A stretch of 64,000 bases of DNA from Pocillopora damicornis. Lineage: Eukaryota. Every line of letters starts with the position of its first letter. Position 1 is the first letter of the stretch. Where the stretch lies: NCBI RefSeq assembly GCF_003704095.1, contig NW_020843680.1:1-64000 (forward strand), read 5' to 3'. Positions 37,622 through 50,754 of the stretch are shown piece after piece. The translations under genes were made by a program, and so were the position numbers. Under the pieces are notes generated by a model, which was not told the origin of the DNA, did no database searches, and saw only the letters and a list, made by a program, of their open reading frames with translations.

Positions 37622-38618
37622 AAAAATCCCGAGAACTTCCCATGCATGAACTCATTGGAGTCAAAGGAATCTGGCTGGCCATGAAGAAACGAAAAACAAT
37701 GTACCCACAATTGAGTTATTACTTAGAGTATCTATTTACAAGTGGATAAAGTCTTGTACGTAGAGGAGGTTTTTGTTGTGAAATATCGACCTTTTCGATG
37801 TGTTTGTCGATTAAATTTATTTATTTACGAAGTAGTTGTATTTTTCCAAGGAACATCTCTTTTCCTTTTTTTCAACCGTCTGTGAACTCTTGCCAAATCA
37901 ATCATACGATTCTGTAAAAGAAAATCTGGTATTTCTCCAATTTTGAATCAGAGGAGTTTTCAAAAGGTCTGCTGTTTGAAAACGCGCGAAAAGGAAACGC
38001 TTTTCACCATTACTCCAGCAGCACGTATAAGAAATGAGATGGTATGTCCTTCGCCTCGACTCGCCTGCCACAACCAATCTCTTTTCCAACGTCTGAGAGG
38101 GGAATAATTGTTTTATTTAATAACACAACCAAAGAAATGTCTAAGATCTGCGAAAGACCGCACGAAATAGCAATTTATTCCACGAGAAAGATTTTTTAAT
38201 ACGAACTCGTATAACCTGGCCTGTAAACCAATCAAAGCTCAGGAATTGAAATAAAAAAATGGTTAATTTTAACAAAGAGATAGCTCAAATAAGTACATGA
38301 GCTACGTTACAAAATACATTACTCGGTTTACACAATATTGCAGCATCGTTCCCAGTGTAGAGAACGACACCCTTAAAGACAGCTTAGTCCTACTGCTCTC
38401 CCTCTTCGATTCCTAACACAAACACTGAAACAAAGACCCTATATTTTATCCACCTCCATTGGTTACAAGGAGACTTTGATCCCCCTATCTGTCTTTGCGA
38501 TCCTTTCTCTGTATGTGAAACATTAAATTAGACGTAAGTAAGAGAGAACATAAGGAAGGGCACTGACAGCTCCTTGAAATCTGAACGATTTATGTTCTAT
38601 TTCTTGGCCTCAGTCTCC

Positions 38619-41534
38619 TCAAAGCTTTTTTTCTCCGGGATGGAATGGGTTTGGTGCACATAGCGGCAAGGAACTAAGAGTATGATTGACAACTCGGTGA
38701 TGAGCTTCGTCAGCTCGAATGGCCAAAATGACGTCACGCATCCTTGAACCCTCCTATGAATAACAAAAACAAGAAGGAGAAAGAAAAGATGGATATAAAA
38801 CCTTTATCATTTCAGGTTGAAAAATATTTTGTTCTAACTTGCGGAAAACTCTTACCGGTAATTTCCAGTAATTAACAGCAATCTTGGGAGCCAAAAGATT
38901 TTCCCACAGAGGCAACTTACCGCTGTCGATACACTACAAACATAGATGAATGAGTCAAGATAAGATGAAGTCTGGGGAATATTTAGAAGACATACGAATT
39001 ACAACCCGGCTAAGCCAACTAGAAAAGACGGTAATCTCAATCTTCAGGGTGCTCTGATACCTCAATACAATGAGTATACGTTTTAACAGCTTCCTCCTCC
39101 AGGTAACCAACAAATCTGTGGCAAAACTTGGGGCTTATCAGGTAGGCCAAGAAAAACAGGTTTACAAACGTTCCTGAAGAAAATAAAGCCATGGAAATGT
39201 TCAGAAACGCGCTTAAAAAAAAAAAAAACGATTCTGAAGGAGAAACAAGTTATTCTTATCCTTAGTATAACTGTACATAAGCACTTCCTGGTCCCTTCAC
39301 ATACGGGACATTGAGGCTTAAGCCACCTACCTTCAAGATTGGAAAGCTTTCTATTCTCCTAAATGAACCCTCTGCATCCTCTTGTTGATAGTATCTTGAA
39401 TTATTCACGTAATGATTATTCCATCTTCGTCACTTTTGATTCTTGTATTTATATACTTCATTTGATGGTATAAAAATTAAAAAGTCTTTATTCTCCTTTG
39501 ATATTTGTTCGAAAGTATTATAAGCAAGTTGGGTGAATTTCTGGACTGATCATTCTTGAGAGCCAATGAGTACAGTAACAATCTTGTACCGGCAGTACGC
39601 TCAAAGTATCATGACATAACGAATCCAAAATTGGCTGTGAAAATGATTCACGTAGAGTATAAATAAATAGTATGAGGTACCTTGAGCTAGGAGAATTGCT
39701 CCCCGAAATAAAATCCCAGGTTGCTTCATTTCCAGGGCTGTCATCAAGTGCATTCTCTCGTTTTCAGCCTCCTCTAAAGATTAAAGAAATCAATTGACTT
39801 CGAGGTGATTCTGTTGAAAGCCACCACAGTTCAATTTACAATCAGCGCACCCTTAATTCAAGTTCGCTTACCCAGAAGTGTGTGTATCCATCCATTATCT
39901 CTCTGGAGCCTCCTAAGCGCGTGGAAGTGTCTTGTCATGCCAGCAATCATTCCAGGAACTCCTGCTATTGTCTCTAACATAATGATCCGACTGTTGATTT
40001 AATTAAGCAGATATGTTGTGTAAACGGTACCACAAAAAAAAAATCCAGCTTCAAAAGAAGCTAGTCAAAAAAGTCTTAGCCACGCTGATTTCCTCCGTGT
40101 ACAACGATGTATTTTTCCAATTAGAGACAAATTACAAAAATTACGCCACCTTTAATTGCGGCCAGCTTTGGAATCAAGACGTGGCCCAGGTCAGTTTACT
40201 GGTTGTACAGACCGAAGTGGGGGGGCTAAAGTGTCGGAAAACCAGCTCAAACTTACTTGAGCCAGCGGTTTTCGTCGAGCTCCATGAAGCGATACAATGA
40301 TATGATGTCGAATGCTGCTCTCAAGGCCTGAACACTTTTGTATGCAAGCTGTAGGTTAAGAGAAAGAATGAAATGGAATTATCACTCAACTGACTACAAA
40401 ATACAGATACAAAATTACACACGAACGATTTCCAGTAAATTTCTCCACCACAGTACCATCTAACCAATAACTTAGTAAAAATTAAACGAACGTAACCTGG
40501 GATGTGTAGGGATTATGTAGACATATTATAAAAAGCTCTGAAGCACCGTGGCAGGTAAGCCATATTTTGCTGCATGGCATGACGTTCAATTTATAACCTT
40601 TCAGTCTCGAAACTTACAAGAACATATGACTTCTGATCGCTAGGAACAAAAACAATACCTCATCCACAAACTTTTGTGGTTTTTGGTGAGTAATTTTCAC
40701 GCTGCGGACATCCTCTGCCGTCCTAAATGAAAACAAAAAACAGCTAGTTTAAAAAGCTTGAATTTGTAAGTGAAGTCTTTAATTTCTCACGTAGTTTTAT
40801 GAACTCTGAATGATATATCAATAGATGTAATAGATAGTATCGTGAGATTACGTTGTCTAGAGGCTCGTACCAGACTGGGTGTGGCATTCTGTAGGCTTCA
40901 TCCCCAGTTGTGCTTCCATTTTTACCAAAATGACTGATGGCTGTTTCCTTGGATGGAGTGGTTACCACTGGCGTTGGTTGTTGGACTTCTGATGTACTTT
41001 GATTTAGAATGGCATTTGTGGAAAACAAGGAAGTCTGCAAGTAACAAAAGTTCCTACTAATGGTAATAATAATAATAATACTTAATATGATAATAGTAAT
41101 AATAATAATAATTGTAAAAATCATCATGGTAATCATAATATAACGGCTGTTTACTGAGAACGAAGAAACGAAATCATTTCCCCGGCGGAGGAAAATATTA
41201 CTTTCGCGAGTATGTGCTCCTTTCGTGACATACTCCTTTCGTTAATTTTTCCTTGCGTAATGTATGTGAACCCAATATCCCTTATATTTTTGCTTTATTT
41301 CGTCATATTTTACTCGCAGAACCCCTGGATAACTATGATTTATTTTCTCACCTTAATCGCTATCCCTTATAACACTGTAAGTAGTCTATAACTTACCCCT
41401 GTTCGCCGTGGCTGTGCAATTCCGCACAAAAAACCTCTCAAGAAATCGACCTCAGAAATCGGTTTGACGAAAGTAAAACAATTTTCAATTCCTCTCATTG
41501 AAAGAGGAACCCGCTGGAGTCCAGTTGTGGCCAT
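38619..41534 (-). CDS. AOX: Alternative oxidase, paralog A (9 exons, 331 aa, complete)
   Basis: Exons 41534-41397, 41034-40871, 40722-40659, 40348-40257, 39990-39872, 39773-39681, 39173-39061, 38933-38856, 38753-38619. All diiron motifs are present ([39 protein letters not shown]), plus the animal-type C-terminal NPFHPGE. Confidence 0.95.
41062..41142. repeat. Degenerate (TAA)n microsatellite in AOX-A intron 1
   Basis: gtaataataataataata...gtaataataataata... Confidence 0.85.
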
Positions 41535-42064
41535 TTTGAACATTAGAACGATCAAAGAAATACAGTCTGATGCTTATTCCCTTTCTTCTGTCAGCTGTCG
41601 CTTTTTAAAATCAATTTTTGTTTGTAGGATAACGCAATTTGTCGTCGCGATTGCAGTATTCTTCTGACGTAATTGAGAGCTTCCTTTGCAATTACCCCTT
41701 GAATTATATTTAATCCGTTTTGCTCCGGCCGGTATTGATGAGTCATAGTCGGACCAAACACTTCAAATTTTAATGTTTTACAATTTTTTATATATAACCA
41801 AGCAGCTAATGAGATGTTTCGCTCACTAGAATATACCAAGTGGACTATCACATTTTCTTTTCTTTGGCCCTGGATCCACTGAAATAGAGAAAAAAAAGTT
41901 TCGTTTCTTTTATAGAGTCGAATACGTATTAGCTGTATAGAATAATTTAAAGATAACTGAGGTACACCAAAGGACGACTTAATCGACAGAATGACACAGA
42001 ATAACACAGAGTGACCCAGAATAAAACGCGCGCAAAAAAAACTACGAGCTTACGATGTACAAGC

Positions 42065-45000
42065 ATGGAGAAGTTTAATCATGGTATTTGCAAATTTCAA
42101 ATTCTTCCCTCAGGTGAAATGCTCGATTTAAGTAATCAATTCATCTACTTCGCTTAATCGAGAACAAGGAGGAAAGTCTCACTGAATTTTCGTAACATTT
42201 TCATGGTTTCGTATCGTGGAAGTAAATCCAAAAGTTTCTCCATGACGGTCGCGAGAAATTATTAGATTAGGAAGGAACTTTTTTCAGGTTGGCGCAGTGA
42301 ATTCCCGAATTTCAATCGTCTTGATTTCTTTCCGTAGAATAATTCAGCAAGAAAATAATTATATTTCGTCATAAAAGGAACTAAAAAGAAATGAACGTCA
42401 ATAAATCCTTTCATATCTGTAACTAATGATGCAATAATTTCACTGAGCTCTCCCAAGGTCAACTAAGAATAGATTATTGGTCGCGGGGGCATGGATCTAA
42501 CAACGATTTGTACGCCATTATTTTCGCTGAGGGTGATGTGGGCCAAACTCAAGCAGTTGAGGCTTAAATGTAAGTACGTAAATAAGGAAGTCTTATAGTT
42601 TTTTTTTCTACGTACATGTGATTTTGAGATATAATATTCTAGAAGCAGTGATGTAATTTGCATTTACCTGAACTTCAATGAGCTTCAAAATCTCTTCAGA
42701 GTGGTTAAAGTACAATTTTCTATTGACCTTTTCTGGTTATGATCAAATTATTTCAACTAAATTTGGAATATATAAGCGCAAAAATTTGCCACGGACTATG
42801 AAAAATGATCGGGTACGTAAGTTTCAACGCAGTCAACGAAGAGGTCTTTTAGTCAGATAAACTGCTTTGAAGTTCTTTCATAACCATAAGTCTTGAGTTC
42901 AGCCTCTACTCCAAATTAGATAGCTTGGCAAACAGCAAGGGTTAAGTGATCTTTTAGTGTGAAACAATCTGCTATTTATCTAAAACACCATTGTGAAATA
43001 TAAGACTAACATTTTACAACATCCAAAGTCTTTTGCTTCTTTAATATCAAATAAATGTTATCTACACAGGCATAGAAGAAGAGCTTTACAAGAGGATTAC
43101 TAATTTAAACGGCAGGTCAGATGTCATGTTGTACAATATATTATGAGGGTTTTGTATACTCCTTCAACAGTTAACTCTCATCAGCCTCTCACAGTTCTTC
43201 TCTCTATCTGGGCACCTCTGAATAAGCACTTATCGATTGTTAGCTAAAACTCATCACTACAATGCAGCAAGAGTACACTTCCAAGACACTAGGTTTTTAC
43301 TCTTAACTTAATTTATGTCCCATGATCAAGAAAATGAGATAAGTTTACTGTGTGTGAACTGTAACCCTAACTTTACCATGGAGAAAACAAATTTCTTGGA
43401 CTACCCCTGAAATGATCATGAAACTATGAATTCATATTTGAAATAACAATTTAAAATTGTATTGGAGTTAAGTGATTGCAGATTCCTTAGAAACATGAAC
43501 ATGTATTTTGCCTCACTAAGAAAAAGCAAGCTGTCTGAAATTACATTCATTTAGCATACAACTAGTAATTAACTAGCTAAGCACAGTTTTGTTACACTAT
43601 GACAGAAATTTGTCAACAAACAATACAAAGGAAGCACTTACAGAACTGTATAAAATTTCTCCTGCTGGCCATGTTCCTCTGCACATTACACGTCCACCTT
43701 ATGCTGACACTGGTACAGTGCCAGACCCACCTTACTCCACTGAAATTAAAACAGAGAAGCAGATTGCTCTCATGAGAACAGCATGCAGAACAGCCAGGAA
43801 AGTTCTCAATGTGGCCAGAGATAGTATCAAGGTGAGAATATTTTTTTGCTACTTTTATCTGATGTATTTCAATTTTTCCTTCATCTTTTCATCCAAGTGC
43901 TCAGGCAGTTCAAAAAGATTGGTGAATTATTCTTAATTGCCAGAAGGGAATTAATTTTTCAGTGGAACATTGACACAACATGTATACAATAAAATGGGTG
44001 TTAGTTGGTAACGTTTATTTTAAGACATTGCGATCATGTGTGATACTGAAGTCACTTCAGTCACCGAACTGTAGGATTTTGATAGAATTGACCTACACAC
44101 TTGAATTCCATAGATGAATTATGAGTTCATGAAGACTTAAAAGAGTAACATGCAATGATGCACATAATAATCTTGTACATTATATTTAGCTCCTTGAGCT
44201 AAGTCAGTTTGATCTCATTTTTTCTTCTTTTAAGGTAGGTGTTACAACACAAGATATTGACCAGATTGTACACCAAGCTGCAATTTCATTTGGAGCCTAC
44301 CCCTCTCCTCTGAACTACAAAAAGTTTCCCAAGTCTGTGTGTACATCTGTTAATAATGTGGCTGTACATGGTATACCAGACAGGTAATCTGCTTCTACAC
44401 AAGGAATAATTAATTTTTGTGGTACGGTTTAGTGGTAATTTTTATATGGCATGATTTATATAGTGGTGAAGTACTTAGTACCTCTAGGATTGCAAAATTT
44501 TGTTCAATGTAGTCTAGGGAAGATCTGATCTACCGATCGTTATTTGAAAGAATTGCTGTAGGGCTAAATAAGACTAGGATTAGTGTAATTTAATTACTCA
44601 TTGGTTACACAACTGATTTGTTGGAACCAAATTTGGTAAAAACTCTACTCATTACAGCTGTTAGGATATTTTGTTTATTTCATTGCAGTCGATCTTTACA
44701 AGATGGTGACATTATAAGTGTGGATGTTTCTGTAAGTGTGACATGATATATACGGTTGGAGTAATTATTTGATTAAGAACATTGTGCACTACTTTTTATG
44801 GTTTAAAAGATGAATTCTTGTAGTTAGTTATTTTTTGCACCTGTGAGCAGAATTATGTTTGGATCAGTAGTATGACAACTTACAATGATGCAGTATGATG
44901 CTTGTGTGTGGTTATATGTTATATAATTATTTAACTTGAGAACATTGTCTCAGAGGAAATGTTACTATTTCTTTGCAAAAGTCAATCATGTTAATATTTA

Positions 45001-48000
45001 GCCTTTTTATAAATGACAGCAATACTCCAAATTCTCTCGCATTCAAGCAAAAGACCAGTTTATCACAGTGACTGTTATTGATTTGTGAATGTAATAATCA
45101 ATACACAGAGGCTTAAATCATGTCTTATAGGAAAGTTTCAATACAAAACTTCCTTTTTTTATTTTCCTGTATGATATGTAACACTCCTGTGTTCCTTTTT
45201 TTGTAATTGTTTTCTTCAGGTCTTCATTGGTGGTATGCATGGTGACTTGTGCGCAACATATGTAGTTGGTTCTGTTGACAAACAGGGTCAGAGATTACTA
45301 GAAAGCTGTCAGCGTAGTCTTGATGCTGCAATCAATATCTGTAAACCTGGAGTACGGTTTTCGTTGATTGGAAACACAATTGAGTAAGTAGAACAACTAA
45401 ATTTGGCTATTTTTGGAGAATGTTGCCATACATTTTCATCTCTAATGTTGGTAATGTTTGTGTCTGGTAATAGTTTTTGTTTGTTAGGGCTCTTTCATCA
45501 GGAAAGTTTGATTTGCTTCTAGATCTGTGGCTGGGAAGGATGGATTCACAGTTTGTCCCAATTTAGCAGGTCATGGTATTGGATCATACTTTCATGGACC
45601 TCCAGAAATTTTGCATACAGGTTTGCAGTACTTGTAAGCATGCACAACTCCAAAGTTATGATTCCGGTTATTTTTATTTACCTTCCTCTTCAAAATGAGA
45701 TCCCCATAGGTTTTCACACAGGAACTGAAAAAAATTGTTGATTCATATTTTTCCTAGATCATTTGATAAAACCAACAATCTTAAAGCTTTATTGTTCTTG
45801 GCTCAGCCTCCAGGCAGTATGCACTATTACCAATGGAAAACTGGATGCCACTTGGATATCAATTTTTTTTTAAAGGAATCCAGTAAGCTAGATAGGCAGT
45901 ACAACGTGTCTTTTATTGCAGTTTCATCAAATTTTACTCCTCCCCCAGGAATCTCATTTAAAAGGTTAAAATTTTGTATGAAATGTAAGGCTTTAATTTC
46001 TCATATTCTTCTCTTCCTCTTCTTTTCACAATAGCAAATTATAAACCTGGGAAAATGGGACCAGGCATGACATTTACTATTGGTAAATATCTTGACTATC
46101 AAACAGCTATTTTATGAATAGGTATAATATTACCTGGCAAGAACCTCATTAAGGTAGACCTTGTTAAGCCCAAACTGACAGTTGGCATGGTTACCTGTTA
46201 CTTGCCTTTTCTAAAGCACTACTATTCAAGTATTGATTTCTTAGCTCAAGTATCCCTGGTGCTCTCAGACTTTCTCATGGTGCAGATCAAAGCATAATAG
46301 CTTGAGCTGACCACTTAACAAGAATGATTATGCACGAAGAAAAGGTGTAGGTGAGAGTTTTTGCTAGTGGGACTTTGTTAAGGCAGCCACAAGAGAAATG
46401 TTTTCATTAGCATGCTGCCTAATTATAAAGGTCGTATATGTGAAAATGTATCTTTCATTTCATTAAATTTAGCAACTTTGTTAATATTTAATAGTGTAGT
46501 TTGATCGTTCGGGTGAGTGTAGTGCTGAGAAGGATTGTTGTCGGTAGTGGTGACTGACGTGTCGACAACCTCAGCGGAAGTCATCATCAGAGTCAAGTGA
46601 ATAGATGTTGTTAGTCGAATGTTCTTAGTCCGGTTTGCATAAACTGATTGTTCAGTTTTGCCGTGATTTTATTGGCTGCAAAACTCGAGTGGCGTAGGTC
46701 GTTCGTGATTGGTCGGTCTCGATCTGTTAGTGAAGTTGGATCGTTCTATTCGGTTCGTCTGTAATGTAAATGTCATGAATGAGTCGTTTGTATGATGCCG
46801 GTAGTGGTTGACACCTGTTGAGGGGAATCTGTTCCAAGTGAGTCGACCAGCTTTATAGGGTCAGTAGTTAAAAGTAGTTGGTGCTGTAGGTTACGCATTG
46901 CACAGAGTCCCAGTCAATAGTGTGGTTCGTAAGTTGGTGATGTTCAGCAATGTGATTGTTGACATCGCCTTTCCTCGTCGCTCGTTTGTGTTTAGTTAGT
47001 CTAGTTGTAAGGTTTCTACCAGTCTCACCGATGTAAGAGGCGTGGTAGTCGGAGCAATTGATCTTATACACTGCAATTACTGCTCCCTGTCTGTTCCTCG
47101 GTTCGTCTTTGTCTTTGACGTTAGTCAATAACTGACGTAGTGTGGTAATAGGTTTTGTGAGCGACGCGGATATTGAATGGTTGTAGGATGAGCGAGATGT
47201 TCTCAGATATGCCCTTTATGTACGGTATGATTACTGTAATTGTAAGAGTTGCGTTGTTGTTAGCGGTGGTAGTAGTAGTAGGTCGGTGAGTGTCACGTTG
47301 GATGAAGTCTTCGTTGTAGTTGTTCTTTGAAAAAACGCGGTCAAGGTACTTGTTCTCGTCGGATAAGCTGTCCGTCGTGTTGCATACTAGTTGCGCTCGT
47401 CGCGTAAAAGTCCTGATAGTTGTGGCTTTGCGTGATGTCGGGTTGTAGGACAACTCGTCCAGTAATTTGTCGGTATGTGTCGGTTTCTTGTAAACTGTTG
47501 TCCATAGTGAGTTATCGTCACGGCTTACCAGGTAGTAAACTGTATGTCAGTGTTTAGTCCGTTAAGGACTATCGACAACAGTCCTTCTCAGGACTACACT
47601 CACCCAGACGACCCAAACTACACTATTAAATGTTACCCCCGGGTTCAAACCACTTGCTGTATTTGTTAATATTCAGAACCTGTCCTTTGTGAGGGATCTC
47701 CAAAAATAGCTATCCTAGGAGATGGTTGGACTGTTGTCACAAAGGATGGTAAAAGGTTGAGTACACCAGTTTTTATTCAATCAGGCGTAATAGTTAGTGA
47801 TATATGAATACAATTCAGTTACATTTGTCCTCATGTGGCGCGCTGCAGAAGAATAACTATTAGCTGAAAATTGTGCTACTTCAAGTTTGAAGGCTCAGGA
47901 GCTTAAGGGGCTTGAGGAACCATTCTAGGCCAGTATAAGTCAGGATCAAGGGTTTGCTTGTGGGGAATTTTTACCAAATTCAAGAAATGAAAAGGTCAAA

Positions 48001-48348
48001 AATGTACCATGGCAAAGCATCATTTCAATTCTTACTTAAGATTAATGCAACTGGTTGGAAAAGATGAAGGACTACAAACAACAACTTTATGCCTTAAAAT
48101 ATGTCCTGCGAATACTGATGAGGGAAAGCTACTCTAACATCCTTGTTGTTTCTTCAGTGGATGTTGAGACGAGTGTTATCTGTTAGCTCATTCCAATGCA
48201 GACAGACAGTATTGTCATTTTTAAACTTCTCATTTTTCATGTATAATTTTTTTCCGTCTCTTTCTCTCTCAGGACGGCACAGTTCGAACACACTGTTTTG
48301 ATAACAGATTCTGGTGTTGAAGTACTTACTGCTGATACCAAAGATTGA
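42065..48348 (+). CDS. METAP1D: Methionine aminopeptidase 1D (mitochondrial type); first exon uncertain
   Basis: Approximate exons 43070-43115, 43605-43831, 44235-44382, 44689-44731, 45220-45383, 45523-45620, 46035-46082, 47677-47755, 48273-48348. Motifs: [94 protein letters not shown]. Phase-compatible start exons exist at 42065-42113 and at ~42798-42816. Confidence 0.92.
46489..47661 (-). mobile_element. 5'-truncated Penelope-like retroelement (RT C-terminus plus GIY-YIG endonuclease, frameshifted) with inverted terminal PLTR copy
   Basis: Minus-strand ORF remnants YKKPTHT..., IPYIKGISE and [25 protein letters not shown] (GIY-YIG). There is a ~68-bp inverted repeat (46482-46549 vs 47568-47635) and a 12-bp TSD tttgttaatatt at 46477-46488 and 47662-47673. 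Confidence 0.9.
46551..46595 (-). ncRNA. Degenerate minimal type I hammerhead ribozyme in the Penelope LTR
   Basis: TGACT-CTGATGA-TGACTTCCGCTGAGGTTGTC-GACA-CG-TC-AGTCA: stem I, CUGAUGA core, stem II and a palindromic stem III are present. The GAAA core is mutated to GACA. Confidence 0.7.
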
Positions 48349-49653
48349 CATTGAAAAAAACTAAGGAAGAAGAGTTTTATTTTATTTTGTGTTTTGTGAA
48401 GAACATCACAGATAAACAATTAATGAAACAAATTCTGCCTCCTCTGTGGTAATTTCAAAATATTTTTGTCTTTTTGCAACGTTTTGTGAATCAAAACTTA
48501 CAAGGTCATATTATTCCAAGTTGTGTTAAAAGATTAAAGATGTGTTTTCTTAACTTACTCTTTCTACATTTTCTTTGTGAAACGGAATCCTACTTTTTGT
48601 TTGAGGTTGTTTGACTTGGATATTTTTTCTTGGTTTAAAATTTTTTCAAGAGATTTTGATTTTTACTGTCCTTTGCTTCAGATTCATAGTAATGAATAAA
48701 AGAGGTTGGAAAATAAAAATGAAACTGCTTCAAAAATAAAAAGATAAAATGTTAGAAGAAAAAACGATACTCTTCAGTCTAGTCAGGATGGCTTCCCATT
48801 GATCAGGATCCCTTCCCGTTTAAACAATTGGGTCAAAAACAGGGAAATCATTTAATCTTACAGTAAGATTGATGCTCCAACTTTTTTGGTGAGTCTAACT
48901 GTTTTATTTCAGACTCAACATTTCTGACTTATCTTTTAAGGCTCAGGGAAAGAGAAGGGAGGAAAGTCTGAAACTTGATTGCTGGCTCGTCAAAATTATT
49001 TTATCCTGCATAGGGTTTTTCAGTTCATGAATACACCTCACCTATTTTCGATTCGGTTTTGTTCTTGTGTTTACTCAGAAACAATTTTGCTCTTCTTTGG
49101 AATTCCTATAGACCTTATAGCATCTTGTGCATCAGATCTGGAGCCACACAATATGCACAGTGTTCTTTAAAAGTACCAGCGGACAGTGTTTTCACCAGCT
49201 ACTTGTTTCTGAAACACTTGCAACATAAGCAGTAAAACACCTGTGCGGATGTGAAACACATTTGGCAGACGTTCTCTTATGACTGGCCTTAAAGAGTCGT
49301 GAGAGTATAGTATGTACCAATACTTCACAATAACCAAGAAAGTTTTCCCTGTGGTAAAGTACGTTGTGTTGCTTGCACACACTGCATGCCTATGTGTTAG
49401 CTGTAAGTCCATCATGCAGTGCGAAACTAATCTCGCACCAGTGGCACACATTTTTGTCGTTTCGGTGTTGCGCCATTCCTTGATTATTAGGAGATAAATT
49501 CCTCTTCCTAAACGATTTGTTCACGGTTTGGCTCTAGCTAAGGTCGAATTTTCTGGTTTTATCGATTACTTTACGAGAATGCATCTGAAGAGTTCTGCTG
49601 GACGTCCAAAAGGGAAGTGTAAAGGAGTAGTTGCTTTGACCAAGAAAGACAAC

Positions 49654-49758
49654 ATGGCGGCTGAAGTTCCCCTCACCAACCGCCACGTGGAAAAGCCGGT
49701 TACTAGCGGCTATACTTTCTGTGCGTCGCCTCTGTACGAATCCAAGCCTCGTCTTTGA
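49654..49758 (+). CDS. ORF1/uORF of the bZIP gene (34 aa, ends CTT-TGA-C)
   Basis: aacATGGcggc has a strong Kozak context. It encodes MAAEVPLTNRHVEKPVTSGYTFCASPLYESKPRL*, and the stop lies 5 nt before the donor CTG|GTAAGA at 49763. Confidence 0.65.
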   Translation: MAAEVPLTNRHVEKPVTSGYTFCASPLYESKPRL

Positions 49759-50754
49759 CACTGGTAAGATTTAATTATACGTAAACGGCCACTTTTCCTT
49801 TGTTGTCTCTGGACTTTGCATGCTTTCCGAAGAAGTGAACTACAGGAACACTAGATCAATCTCTTGATAACATCGCAAAAATTGTTTACAGGAAATGCTC
49901 TGAAGTTTGAAGTTTCACCTGTTAGATTTTTAACTAAGTCTTTTGAAAGGACTTTTGATGTTGATAGTGGCACACATTTTGACGATCGATCTGAACGAAA
50001 GTCCTATTTCTCGGCCCAATCGGTGTTTTACAACTAACTCGGGAAACAACCAACTCATCATCTTGAAATACGGCGAACTTCTCTGATATACCCCCTCTTA
50101 AGTGCTATTTTCAAACTTTTAACTGATTAATTAGATCGTTTCGTGTCTTTCAGCAATAGTTAGTTAATTTTCCCCATTTATTACTTAAACTTTCATCGCT
50201 ATTTGTTCTTCCGAGAACTTTGCTCTCCTATTGTGACACCTACCTTTTAACCTGAGATACACGGACAAAGGACATATTCATAAATGGCATCTGTAAATCT
50301 CTCAACCAGAATAGATATGGACTTTTTTGCAAGTTATTGGATACTTTTAAATCGAACATTAAGACCTTTCCTTTTAAACGTTTCTATATTTGATATGTTA
50401 TATAATTATTTTGTTGTTTATATTGTTTGAAACTTTGTTGCTTAAGAACTTTCTTCTATAAAAGTTTTGTGTTGATATTATGTTACTTACTTATTTAAAA
50501 CACTGTTTGGTACTCTGTAGAAAGAAAACCATACAAGTCATATATTTTATTATTGTTATCATTATTTAATTCTTAACTGTATATCAGTTCATTTTTTCTG
50601 TTTTTGTAAAGAGTGAAATACCATTTTAACCCAAAAGTGTTTTAAATAGAAATTGGGCCAAGTTAGGGGTTAATGAGGACCAGTGAATACCTTATCTCAA
50701 GGAAGTTGTGTTATTAACAGTTCAAAGCGGTAACATATCTTTACCTTTCTGTAG

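Noticed and set aside
40744-41136. 130-aa ORF with an Ile-rich 'signal/transmembrane' N-terminus
   Set aside because: The Ile run is a translated (TAA)n intronic microsatellite; only the middle part is AOX-A exon 2.
42427-42435. TGATGCAAT (C/EBP-ATF response element) near the AOX-A/METAP1D promoter
   Set aside because: The same 9-mer occurs several other times in the window (e.g. ~9349, ~16108, ~30359, ~36982), so it carries no specificity.
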